Below are positions 25,627 to 37,824 of a stretch of DNA of 51,104 bases, one piece after another. The stretch comes from Paraglomus brasilianum (Eukaryota): the NCBI GenBank assembly GCA_910592345.1, contig CAJVPI010000126.1, forward strand, positions 1 to 51,104. The letters are read 5' to 3'. A program made the translations under genes and the position numbers. The notes beneath the pieces are model-generated. The model had not been told where the DNA came from. It saw only the letters and a program-made list of their open reading frames with translations, and ran no database searches. Within the stretch, counting starts at the first letter, position 1, and each line of letters opens with the position of its first letter.

Positions 25627-27294
25627 TCATAATGGTGCCGCGTTTCCATCCCGTGTATCCCATTTCATTCTTTCACAACAGAAACCATACTTTTAAACAA
25701 CAGTCAGTACACATAGTTCTTATTCTGTAATTGTAGTAAGACGTACTTGGGTAGTCTCACCAGCGTCGGCGATTTCCTCGTACGGGCCCTCCAACACAGC
25801 CTCGTCCACAGAGGCATGATCGGATATCGGTGTGCCACTTCGATCGAGATCGAATAAAGAACGAGAAGCATCACCATCATGTAAAGACTTTGATGTAATG
25901 CTATGAGTGGAGTTATTTCCTGGGGGGAAAAAAGCATTGGTTTAGATAGGTGAATGGTTGATGACTTGATTTGAGTAATAACACCCGAGTTACCTCGCGA
26001 TAGTCGTTCAACTAATGATCTAATAAAAATCGGTTGTTATTAAGTTAAATTAGATAGAATAATATGCTGTGTTATTCTACGTTGTCATACATACGACTCT
26101 CGTTCTTTTCCTTCTTGCATCGAAACAGCGCGTCTTCTTGACTTGGATGCAGTTGATGCATCAGATCTCGTCTGTTGCGGTATCACAGATAGGTGAATAT
26201 TTCAATAACGCTATTAAACATTATGACGTTATATGTCTGACAGATTACCTTTTTTTTTGTACTTGTTGTTACTTCCATATCACCGCCAGTGTCAATTTCC
26301 GTTTTCAAATTCTCAATCACTGATTGAAGAGTTTCTATTTCTGTCTGCATTGCCCGTATTTGTAACCTATCAATGTTGAAACATAATAAAGCAGGCAATG
26401 CTGTTGAGGAGTAAATGAAAAAATTAAGGATCATGGATAGCGTGCAATGTTGATCGTCATGTTGAGACTTTAAGGATACGCATGTTTTGAAATATAGTAT
26501 TAAGGAAATTACGAAGAGACACCGTAAACGTCTCTAGCCACTGTTTAGTAAAAAACGTTTCAAAATTAGGGTCTGTCGCTGGATTCTTGGAAAATGGTAG
26601 GCCTAAAATAAGAGTACAGGTAGATTATTGTAAAGCGCTACGTCCTGTCACCAGAAACATCTAAATGACTACACACCAAACCATTTTGTCCATTCCGGAT
26701 TGGAACTTAATTCTGGTCCGGCCGTATCAAAAAATTCGAGTATCTTTTCTTTCCTCTTTTGCTGAGCAGCTGGATAATGAGAATACAAGGGATTAGGTAT
26801 AACACCAATACACTATCGCTTATCGAATGATTCGTACCGTATACAAGGTAATATCTTAAAAGACATAATTCGAACTTGTTCACAGCTCCAAGGAAACGTC
26901 CGTCTAATCGAGAAAAGTATCGCACATCAAGATATCGCCAGTAATCGATAAGACCATTGATATCGCTATTTATTATAAATGAATATAACTCTTCAACAAT
27001 TTTGTCAGCCTAAGAATGCAAAGCGATGATAAGAATCCAGATAATAACATTTTCTAAAAAAGAAGGATAAACTCTAATATTCTCTTTCGAGAGATCGCAC
27101 TTGAAATCCTTTGTCTCTGTCGTTTCTGCTCTCCTGTTCGAACGCACGGAAAGTATTTGAAAATCCTCGAAACTAACAGTCAGAATTAAAGCGTTAACAT
27201 AGAATTTTTGTATTAACGTCAAAGTTATGTGGAGATGAAGTAGTACCAATAGATATTCCTTAACTAATTCATCGATATGGTGGACAGCATTCAT
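25627..27294 (-). CDS. WDR91: WDR91/SORF-1 homolog with the N-terminal LisH-like helical region and coiled coil only; no WD40 found
   Basis: Spliced: MNAVHHIDELVKEYLLFRGFSNTFRAFEQESRNDRDKGFQADKIVEEL...DYWRYLDVRYFSRLD...LLRYYLVY...EWTKWFGLPFSKNPATDPNFETFFTKQWLETFTVSLRNFLNTIFQNMPLPALL, collinear with the animal WDR91 N-terminus. The stop is at 25627, or at 25720 if the last intron is retained. Confidence 0.88.
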
Positions 27295-27879
27295 CGCGGC
27301 AAAGCGGTTTAGAATCACGAAGTTTTGAGAATGGGAATTCTCTGCGTATGCTAATTTGTTACACAAATTTGAGGTTCCCTTATTAGAATTACGATCGACG
27401 CACACCTTTAAAAAGACAAGTCATACAAACATGATCGATCGTAGAATACGATCAAAGAGATATTTATTCTCATCGCTTATCTACTTTGTTTCAAACTGAT
27501 GGTATGTTACATGATTGAGTAATGTGATAATGAGAGTGAAATATCCGAACGAGGTGAAGAAACTGATTATTTATTTATACGGTTTGCTGTACAATTATCG
27601 ATAATACTGGCTACATCCATGAATGCCATCTATTGACTTTTGCTCAATCGGAAGAAGCAGCAGTTATTACGCGAACGCTCATTACAGCATCCGAACAAAA
27701 CCGACAAGGGTATTAAGTATTAGATCGGATAAAACCACGAAATGCAAGCCGAACGTGTTACACCAGCTTGTGCCGAATGCGGTAACACTGCAGGATCGAT
27801 TTTCGATCTCATTGCACGTGAGTCAGAAAATGTGTTTATAATTAATCAATCAATTCCACACCACCCATGTATATAAACC

Positions 27880-29570
27880 ATGCAGCGGAGTCACCACCAA
27901 AGACCACACCATGGTAACTACCAGAATCAACAATACTTTGATCAGCCTTACCAGCCAACGCAAGACTCGCATTCGGTTATTCTAGTGACTGCTGGTTACG
28001 ATCATACTATTCGTTTCTGGGAAGCTCTGAGTGGAATTTGTTCAAGGACCATTCAGCATCCTGATTCCGTGAGTCGATCTGAACGTAAAATTAATTGGGC
28101 TCGAATAACGGTTTTTATGTACGAATGCTAAGACAACAATACATTTTCTGACTTCTGGTAGCAAGTTAATCGTCTATGTATATCTCCAGATAAGAGATAT
28201 TTGGCTGCTGCAGGTAAATTTAGAAATAGTTGCAATTCTACGGGTTGGCCTGTCGTAAAACTAGATTAACAATGCTCTTCATACAGGAAATCAACATATT
28301 CGATTGTATGATATAAATAGTACAAATCCTAACCCGGTAATCTTCTGATCAAAAAAGTTGTGTTCGCGCGTTTCAAATTTTTCTTGAATTTATTGAATCT
28401 TGTTTTATTTCTTGAAACATTTTAGATCACCTCATTCGATGGTCATACTGGTAATGTAACTGCTGTTGGCTTTCATTGTGAGGGAAAATGGATGGTAACG
28501 GGCAGTGAGGATGGGACATTGAAGATATGGGATACAAGGTACAACGATGAATACAAGTGATCAAGTTTCTAGCGGACTAGTGGCTTTACAAACCGAAACA
28601 TGATGCCTTCAAATGCTTGTTCACACAGGTGGTAATGTTCGTTTTTGTAGAGCTCCATCGGTACAGAGGAACTATGATCATAAAGCTCCAGTTAACGATG
28701 TAGCCATTCATCCAAATCAGGGAGAATTGATTTCATGTGATCAGAATGGTGGTATAATAATCCTTGATTTAGGAGAGAATTCTTGCACTCATAATCTGGT
28801 AAAGTAGTTAACAGTTGGATTGTCAATGTATTTGTATTTTATGTAAATGTTTTTGCATATAGAACAACACTTTGAATTTAAAAGATACCAGAAGAAGACG
28901 TACCACTTCGATCTGTGACCGTAGCAATTGATGGGTCTATGCTGGTTGCAGCCAATAACAAGGTTAGATTACCATAGTGGGCTACGTTGTCGAAATTTTA
29001 GATCTAAACTTCTAACTGTTTATTCCACTGTAACAGGGTAATTGTTATGTATGGAAGATGTCCAATACACGTGACTTTACAGACTTGCAACCAGTAACAA
29101 AATTCTCGGCTCATAATAGATATATCACGAGATGCCTCCTCAGTCCTGATTTCAAGTGAGTTTGAATGATATTGAGATCTTTCGTGGTGCCCAAATTTTA
29201 TTAACCACGTGTCCAACCCACTATTATTAGGCACTTGGCTACTTGTTCTGCAGACACGACTGTCAAGATATGGTCAGCCTCCAATTACGAGTTTAAATTG
29301 GACAAAGTTTTGAAGGGGCATCAAAAATGGGTGTGGGATTGTGCATTTTCTGCTGATTCGGCGTATTTAGTAACAGGTTTGTTTGTGGTCGCGCAACAAT
29401 CTTCTGAAAGGAAAGCATTGCTAAATTGACTGCCTGCTATTTTTATAGCCTCGTCCGACCACATGGCAAGGTTATGGGAGTTACAGCCAGGAGAGACAAT
29501 AAGACAGTATAATGGTCATCATAAGGCCGCAGTCTGCGTTGCATTAAATGACTTGTCGGTTGGAAATTAG
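27880..29570 (+). CDS. LST8: TOR complex subunit LST8 (WD40)
   Basis: [109 protein letters not shown]. The exons join in frame. Confidence 0.98.
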
Positions 29571-30141
29571 AAAAAGCCAAAGGTAAGCTACCGGACAATT
29601 GGTTTTCCGATCGAAACTCCTTGGACTTTTGGTCCACACTCGGCTGGCGATATTTACCGGGTATTTATTCTCACCTCATTGGTGAACCCGTGATCCATCG
29701 TTATTGTATTTATGTGACAAGTACGTTCAGACAGTGCAGATGAACGTGCGTTGAATTTGTAATATTATTTATGTCACGAGCTATATATATTCATTGTTTT
29801 ATCTTGTAACCGTATTGACTGTATCTAATCATGGTGCGTAATGGACACTAGTGTTGTATTAAGTGTAATAAATCTAAAGCACATTCAATCGCGTGTTTCG
29901 AATATCAGCGATATTACATTATTACCAACGCGCGCCTAATCGTAGATACATACTAATTTTAAGGCGTCACAAATCAAAGTTAATAATTCGGATCACGCAT
30001 AATGAGGTAAAACGCCAAGTCAAAAAAACATCTGGAACAGCTTAAAAGACAATTAAAAGATGAGAAAACAACAAAACTCACAAACTGATCGCAAACTCTT
30101 ATAATCACCTACACTCCCAACCTTGTTACTGTCGTTCGATC

Positions 30142-32278
30142 CTATGCTTTACCACTATTTATTGTTGTCTCGACATCAGGAATGGGCATGTCAACTGCTT
30201 TCACTCTTGAAATCATTCTTTGCGCCCATTTTACCATAGGGAGATCAATCCTACAAACAGAAAATTCATTACATAACTTGCATAATTTGACTAACTCGTT
30301 ATAATTTCGCTTGAACGATTTCATACATCTTGCCATCCAAACTGAATACACCAATGCCCTTTTCAGAATGTTCCTTGTATCCGTTTAAGATTCTTACTGC
30401 TCTGTCAATGTCTGAAAAATGTATGTGACCGTATTAGAATTGTCAAATGCGTCATGAATATCTGTTTAAAATGTATGATTTACCTTTTTTGTCTGGTAAG
30501 AAAGTCTTGTGTATTATATCAACCTGCTGAGGATGTATAGCTTGCTATAATTATGAAAAATATTATTTGTTATATTGTCTGAATTCAACAATCATTTCTT
30601 ACGACAGTTGCTGTTTCTCACCTTCCCTACAAATCCCATTTCTCTACCTTCTTGACATTCCTCCGCAAGGATCGCGTCATTCTTATAATCAAGACAAACC
30701 TAGTCAACCAGTCAATGCTTGTTAGTACAACTCTATGTTTAACAACATTACAGTCATTATAGATAAATACAAACCAAATCGATTGCTTGTAAGCCATAAG
30801 CACATGCAGCGGTTACGATTGCTTGCCGTGCATATAAAAACTGAAAAGATATAATTTTGAGTTATGAAAAAAAAGTGTATAAGATAACGTAATTAACAAT
30901 TTTACCTCCTTCCGCGATGACGTTCTTGTGAGTCCTAGGTTGTATTGTTAATTTCAATTTTAGCGCTTTTTCTTGTAAAATACTTCTAATTAATCATTAC
31001 CTAGATCAGCGCAATAATCCTCTGCAGCAAACTACAGTCGAAGGAAAAAATACAATCAAAGCTCGAGACGCTACTGGCCGGTTATATTAGAAAACAAAAC
31101 ATTAAAGCTTTATCAAACAGTACGCATTACAATAAGCGCATCTAATCGCCCATCAGATGTCGCAATTTCCTTCAAATTCATAATGCCCAATGCGCTCTCA
31201 ATGGAACCAATTAAACGAATATTAGCTCGCCTGTTTTAATAAATAAAATTAAGATCAAAGCATTGTGTGAAAATCAGATAAATCAGATAAATCAGCATCA
31301 ACATTAACTAACGTTGTTTCCTTCGCAACAGAGTCAATCATACGACTGACAAATTGAATATCTTTGGCGGACTGTACTTTTGGAATAACGATTGCTTGGA
31401 GATGCGTCGATCTTAACTAAGCAAACAATGAAGACGTTTATTGAAAAATCATTATTACCCAAACTAACACCAAATACTCACCACGACATTCAGATCATCT
31501 AATTCAAGACCTTCAATAGAAATAACCTCAATAAAAAACTTGACTAGTATATTCCCAACAGTCATCGAGTTCTTGTATTAAACCTACCAGATCCTACTGA
31601 ATTAATCCTGACGGCCCGCTCAAACCTGCCCAATTCTGAAGTCTTAAATAATTGAGTCAATTACCAGTTTAAAGTCAAACCAACGTGTTCTCTATTCACT
31701 CCCCATTCTCTTTTCAATCTTTGACGCTCCAATTAAAAGTAACTCATCCAGACCTCTAACGTGTCAAACACCATTTCCCTAGCAACTCCTTTCCGATTGA
31801 ATGCAACACCATCTTCCAGGTCATAGACAATGCAGTCAGCTTTTAACTTTAATGATGATTTTATTTTACGTTCTTCGCCGCCGGGGACTATGTGGAAATT
31901 TTTAGAGTATTTATCAGATCGTGTCAGCGCGGAAAGAAGTGTATTGATAAAAATACCGTAAAAAACTGCTCTTCGAGACCGAAATTCCTTCCCCGTTAAT
32001 GCATTTTCTATTGGCTTTGTATCGCTACTGTATTTTCGTACAGTTGTTGCTAGTATGTTTGTAAGCTTATTCGTTGAGAAAACTGTTGGTCTTCCTGTAA
32101 ACCGTTGGAGTAAGGTGTTCGAGTCGCGACTTTGTACAAGTCTCGTCAACCCATAAACTGTAGTTACCTATCTTCTGAGGTAACGTTCCTGCAAGGGAGG
32201 ATACTGACAACAAAGAGTAAATCGATTTCGACAGTAACCTACACATTGACAATTACAGTATGTTTTCTTAAGGCGCAT
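30142..32278 (-). CDS. CLYBL: Citrate lyase beta-subunit-like protein (HpcH/HpaI aldolase family), probably mitochondrial
   Basis: RSRRAVFYVPGGEERKI, DCIVYDLEDGV, ERAVRINSVGSGLELDDL, IVIPKV, IESALG, FAAEDYCADLG, YARQAIV, QAIDLVC, MGFVGKQAIHPQQV, LDGKMIDLPMVKWA. The 5' start is uncertain. Confidence 0.93.
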
Positions 32279-33225
32279 ATTCTGAGAAAGCTCAAGGTCA
32301 CATTTTTATGACACGTGATATAACAAATTTATGACGCGCTTGGCTAGTATGACAGGCTGGAATGACAAACCAAATCTCATTGTTTGTGATTTAGAGCCGC
32401 TACCTTTTTTTGCACTTGAATTCTTACTGCTTACACCGACCAATGCTTTAAATGAATCCAGCTTGAAATTTGGAGTTAAATCCATAGACTTTGTTATACT
32501 CTCTTTACATTTTCTCAATTTTACTAGCACGTTATATCGATTCCTGCAAGAACCATAACTCTAATCTTTATCAAGTCTCCCTCAGTTTCTCACTAATCTT
32601 TCAATTGATATTATAAACTGTTCTCTCTTGCAAGTTTTTTTATAAATAACCCCCTTGGCTGGCGGTTTCTTGTAATATTCATACTCTAGTATTCTCCGTA
32701 CAATTTGCACTCAGGAAAATCTTACGCAAAACAGGATTGGCTGCATTCAATGCCAGTTCTTTCTTTCCCTAATCCGCATTCCCCAGCGAAATGAAATGTT
32801 TAGCACGTCGCGTTCACAGTAATCGTGTGAATTGCATTTCGAGAAATAAATCTGTTAGGTAGAGACGCGTAAATCTATTGCAATTGCAGAAATGGAAAAA
32901 TTTTGCATTTAGAGGACGTTTGCATTTATGGGGGGTTGCATTTACAGTACTACGATTAAGGCAAATATATTCTTAGAACGGGTGCGTATTAAGTTATCAG
33001 TATAATCGGAAAATACTAGAGACCAGGAAAACATTACTTCACTGCAGATGTATCGAAAACGGAACTCCTAATTTATCAAAAAACAAAACTTTTGCTCCAT
33101 CGAACTCACTGCCAAATGAGTACTAAATAAATGCTTAATACTTATCACGATACTTTGTATCTTTGGCAATATATCTATTGTGTGTATGTTTTTATTTGTG
33201 TTATCGAATTGACCGACTTAGGCTT

Positions 33226-33870
33226 TCACCACGCTGTTCCCATCCACAGAGTTAATATTTGAACCTTGTCTCCAATACCAAACTGGTTTTCTTTGGTAGA
33301 TATTTATCATGTCTTGCATTCCGCCAGCGAAAAGTCCAACTGCACCACCTATCATACACGTATGCAACGTACTTCGTCGAGACAGACGATCTGTTCAAAA
33401 TCAAAAGCTTGCTAGCAACATTCCGGTTAATTTTCTAAAAAATTTTCCTTATTCACATACTCGTACTTTCGATCCTTACACAAAAATGAATTAGCCAGCC
33501 CTGTTCCAGCGCCAGCTACGACAGAATTAATCACGTCTGCTTCTCCACGCGCTTTATCTAGCGTTGCTTGCGTTCCCGTAAATACCAGAGTTAATCCTCC
33601 AAATCGTTTCACGTATTGCAAGCCGATCTTTCCTGAATTGAGTATTACAGCGTAGTTTTTTCGTTTATGATACAGATACCATCCTTGTTTTGTTTTCGGG
33701 AGCACGTGTGCATGTTCGGCAAGGTATTGAAGACTTGCACGTTTGGCCCCGTCAATTGAACCGATAAAAAATGCCCACAAGGAAGTTACAGTCGTTACAG
33801 TTGTAATGAATTCTCCTGGGGCCAAACTGGCGCGATCGAGCTTTGATGAAGGCGTGAATGTATCAGGCAT
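33226..33870 (-). CDS. Tim17/Tim22/Tim23-like uncharacterised fungal membrane protein
   Basis: Two exons. Carries the fungal family motif LQYLAEHAHVLPKTKQGWYLYHKRKNY and the Tim17-type RGEADVINSVVAGAGTG, followed by a Gly-rich transmembrane segment. Confidence 0.8.
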
Positions 33871-33897
33871 TGTCGGTGCTCTTTCAACAACTACTCC

Positions 33898-34226
33898 CCA
33901 AGTTTTGCGTGACTTTTGTATTACATCTCCCGCCAGTTAAAATCTTTGTATATTGTGTACATTTCGATTTTCCGAAACGAGAATCTTGTATCTGCGAGAT
34001 TAGGAAGTATCATATTGCATTATTGATACATTGTCATTGTAACGACTAGATTATAGATGGTTTATATGTTATCCAATTATTAATCGGGCGATCATTCGCT
34101 GCTGTAAACATATAAATATGAAGTGCGTGAGATTTCTAAATACAAAATCGAGATACAAGGAAAAATCGAGATACAAGGATTTTAACTGGCGGGAGATGTA
34201 ATACAAAAGTCACGCTAAAAACTTGG
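33898..34226. promoter_or_regulatory. Inverted repeat spanning the divergent Tim17-like/SEM1 promoter
   Basis: 33907-33944 is the exact reverse complement of 34178-34215 (38 bp); imperfect similarity extends the arms to about 55 bp. Confidence 0.85.
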
Positions 34227-34367
34227 ATAGTTTCATCCAATTAAGAAATTGGCTATCGCCTGATCGTCATCCTATTGCCTACATATTGCGTCAGCATCAA
34301 TAATTTCCTCTTCAGTTAGAATTTGCTCAGCACCTCGAACTGTATTGCATTACCGGTCAGCTAAAGA

Positions 34368-34811
34368 ATGTCTTCAAAGTCGGCTTCAACATCAACAAAA
34401 CAAGACAGGAGACCACCCGATAATAAACAACCAGGGCAACAACCGCTCACAAACATACCACAGTTGGGTGCTCTTGAAGAGGATGATGAGTTTGAGGAAT
34501 TCGCTGCAGAAGGTGCATAAATCTGATCAAAAAAATGAATCGTTCGTGATTGTGTATGATTGCGTTCTATCTTTCATGTGCTGATCATACTCACTCTGAC
34601 AGATTGGAATGAAACCGAAGAAGACAAAGAAACTCATTTATGGGAGGATAATTGGGATGACGAGGATGTTGAAGATGAGTTCTCTAAACAATTAAGGTAA
34701 CCAGATCCGGGGTCTGTAACTTTGCTTATTAACGCTATTGTTGACATTCGGTATCTTTTTAGAGCTGAATTGACAAAAACACAAATACAACCACAACCAA
34801 TGAAGATGTAA
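34368..34811 (+). CDS. SEM1: 26S proteasome lid / TREX-2 subunit Sem1 (DSS1)
   Basis: Three exons giving [18 protein letters not shown]...[24 protein letters not shown]. Confidence 0.97.
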
Positions 34812-35486
34812 GATTTTCTATCCAACTTAACTCTGTATTTTGTCTCATCGTAATAAATATTACCAAACAACCCCACTTGATTTCTTACGTGTGTCGGGCG
34901 TAACTCCCAATAAATAGAGAGTTTAGTCTACTTGTTATAATCTGACGGATTATCGACCATGTTTTTAGAAGTTAAGAGTAATATCATTCTTCGTCAAGCA
35001 TGAAATGAAAACATGGCCGAGTTGATAGCACCTTTGCTAATAATAAAGACTGTAAACGGCAACTGTTCGACTTTCGAATTAGAACTTTATTTTATTGAGC
35101 GTTCGCGTTTTTTTTATAACGCAAGTGCAAGGTGTTTGACTACCTGACGAGCATGAATTGCAATGAAAAGCTTATAATTAAATAAATGTAAAAAGCGCTT
35201 AAACGACATTAAGTATTATAAACAAAAGTTAGCTCTTATGATATATTTTTTTGCAAACCTCGCAATTAGTAATCCAATATACTTTCCGAATCACCTTTAA
35301 ATATCAAGAGAAGCTTATCTCATTTGATGCTGTGTTGTTGGATAGGTCATATTTAGTATCGAGTCTTTTTTTATTCTTACCATGAGACTAGTAACGGTAA
35401 ACAATAATCTGTAAAAACATACAAATTTACACGGATTGGCAGAAAGTCAATCTGTACGACTACGTTTACAATTTCCAAACCTTATT

Positions 35487-35865
35487 ATGTCTGTTCCGTC
35501 GCGGCGAATTTTGTTAACTCTATTCACATCAAAGAATTGCTCTCTTTGTGAAGAAGCAAAGATTGTCCTCGAGCGCGTTCGTCATAAGGTATTTCATAGA
35601 GTCTGCCAAATAAAAATGATTTCTTTAATTCAAATGTAACATGGATCGTTCACCATTGGATTTCCCGTAAATACTTAAATAGATACCTTTTGAACTCGAA
35701 CAAAAAGACATACGCGCTCCCGGGAATGAGAAATGGTTTGAAGAATACAAATATGATATTCCTGTTTTACATCTTAACGGCAGCTTTCTACTAGAACACA
35801 GAATAAACGAGGAGACCCTTGAGAAAACTCTGACTAAATTCAACAGCGATGGAGTAGTCGAATAA
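35487..35865 (+). CDS. Glutaredoxin-like protein (DUF836; YDR286C/C5orf63-like)
   Basis: Two exons giving LTLFTSKNCSLCEEAK...DI...WFEEYKYDIPVLHLNG...HRI. Confidence 0.92.
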
Positions 35866-35963
35866 ATTGATGAAAAGATTCACTCAAGTTGCATACGATC
35901 TTGAAAAAGATATGAACGACTTGATTCATTAAATGCGCTAGATCACTTTATTTGACTATTGTG

Positions 35964-37626
35964 CTAAGAAACGTAATCATATTTGTATATTTCTACACAA
36001 TTGTTCATCATTCCGATAACCAATTCATCTTGATCATCTCCGTCCACATCTTCAACAGCTAACGTATATATCCAATCCTCCGTTGTGATTCCTTGGATAA
36101 ACTGTCATCGATGATAAGTCAGTAATGCATTTACGTTTATCAATAGTTTAAAATAATAAAATGGCAACCTGTGCGTCTTTATATATTCGGACTTCGTTAA
36201 AGTGCCCAGTGCAAAGCAAGTAATCAGTTTCTGCACTATCTAGTCTGCTCGGACGAAACCGTGCCACGTTCAAAACAGGATAATCGATCTTGAGTAGCTT
36301 AGTGACCTAAATAAACTCAGTCCGTAAACTATACACACGCATATATATAACTACAACCAAGACGATATGGTATTATCATACCTGATAGTGTTCCAGCAAA
36401 TAGATATGTCCATTATCCGCTCCAAGAATGACCTGTCGAACGCGTGGATCATCAAACAGTAACGAGTGATCTTCCTTTCTAAAATACCCTGTACACATCT
36501 ATGGATAACATAATCAGTTCGATTTTCACTTGGATTTTATATCTTTCATTGACAACAGTCATCAGTTAACGATGCGTACCGAGTTTATAGTATAAGGAAC
36601 TTCGATACTTAGAACTCTCTGCCCTCCTTGTATGAAATGTACAAACGGACTTCTGTCGCATGCAAGTAAATAATTTGTTTCCACATTAAAATTATCCAAT
36701 AGAGAAACAAATAACATACAGCGAATTCGAGGATCGCGGGTATCCTTCTACTTCCAACCGTGAAAGAAGGCAACAATAGACAATGGTAAGAACAACATGT
36801 AAACAAATCAGATCGGATGACACTCAATAATCCTCTACCGACCATAACTCCCGCTGTCTGTTGTAAAATATCAGTCTCGTCGGTTAGTTTTATTCGCCAC
36901 ATATGTTTGTAGGCAGTAAAAGCGGAGATTACTCCCGATGCATCCCCAGCCACTATTTCATATCCGCCCACTATAAATATAAGGTTTAATGATCAAATTG
37001 TTCAATGATACTGAAAAGTCTTCATTCATATGACTAACCGGCGTCTTGGAAAATCTCCAAGCATCTAATAGCGGACCCCAAGTTTCTCTTGCTAAGCATC
37101 TGCTTCTTCTCGAATATAGTCACTGTTCCATGCGAATCGCCAACTATGAGATCGGTCGATTCAAACCGAGTTACGTCGAATAACAACATCGATTGGATGG
37201 ATCCACCTTTAGTCTCTATTATGACATCTTCCTGGTCGGATACGATAACTTTTTTGCATCAACTACGCAGAATCAACCAAACTAACGATCGAATTATTTA
37301 CGTGCAAGCTCTTACGTAAATCCAAATGTATGTGTTCAACTTACCTTTCCTTCGTTAAAAATAATCACTTTTCCTGATTCAATACCGACAGCGACTGACA
37401 CCATCAAACCTTTCTTGTCCGTTTGTGTATCGTCCGATGGTGCACCTACCGCAAGACAATTTACAGACGAATTTAGAGTACGTATCCATGCTCTTTTGAA
37501 TGTAGGTAATACAGTTCGCAATCTCTTCTTTGATCGATATGGTGAAGAGGGCGGTGAATGAGTCTTTGATTTGTGATCATTGGTTTGATGCTTATGTTTC
37601 TTCGTAGAAGCACGTTTACTCTCCAT
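35964..37626 (-). CDS. Beta-propeller protein with FG-GAP-like loops (ITFG2/kaptin/BBS2-like), function unknown
   Basis: About 7 exons join in frame. Repeated blade motifs VAVGIESGKV, LIVGDSHGTV, IVAGDASGVI and VILGADNGHI, a terminal DVDGDDQDELVIG, and a basic N-terminal extension. Confidence 0.75.
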
Positions 37627-37773
37627 TGGCCCCAATATCAGTTTAGAGCGATTGAGTGTTAGTATTAGATCGGATATAGTAACACCAGGTAAACTGATAC
37701 GTCTATTATTGTTACACGAAACGCGTCTATTTAATTTGAATTGTAACTAATACTTAACACTATTACTCGGCTC

Positions 37774-37824
37774 TATTCTCTAACCCCATTGGTTAATTTC
37801 AACCTCAGCATCAGCTACGACAAT
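37774..37824. repeat. Dispersed CCAAT-containing element, copy 1
   Basis: tattctctaaccccattggtta (22 bp) is identical to 43857-43878; similarity continues through tcagcatcagct. Confidence 0.8.
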
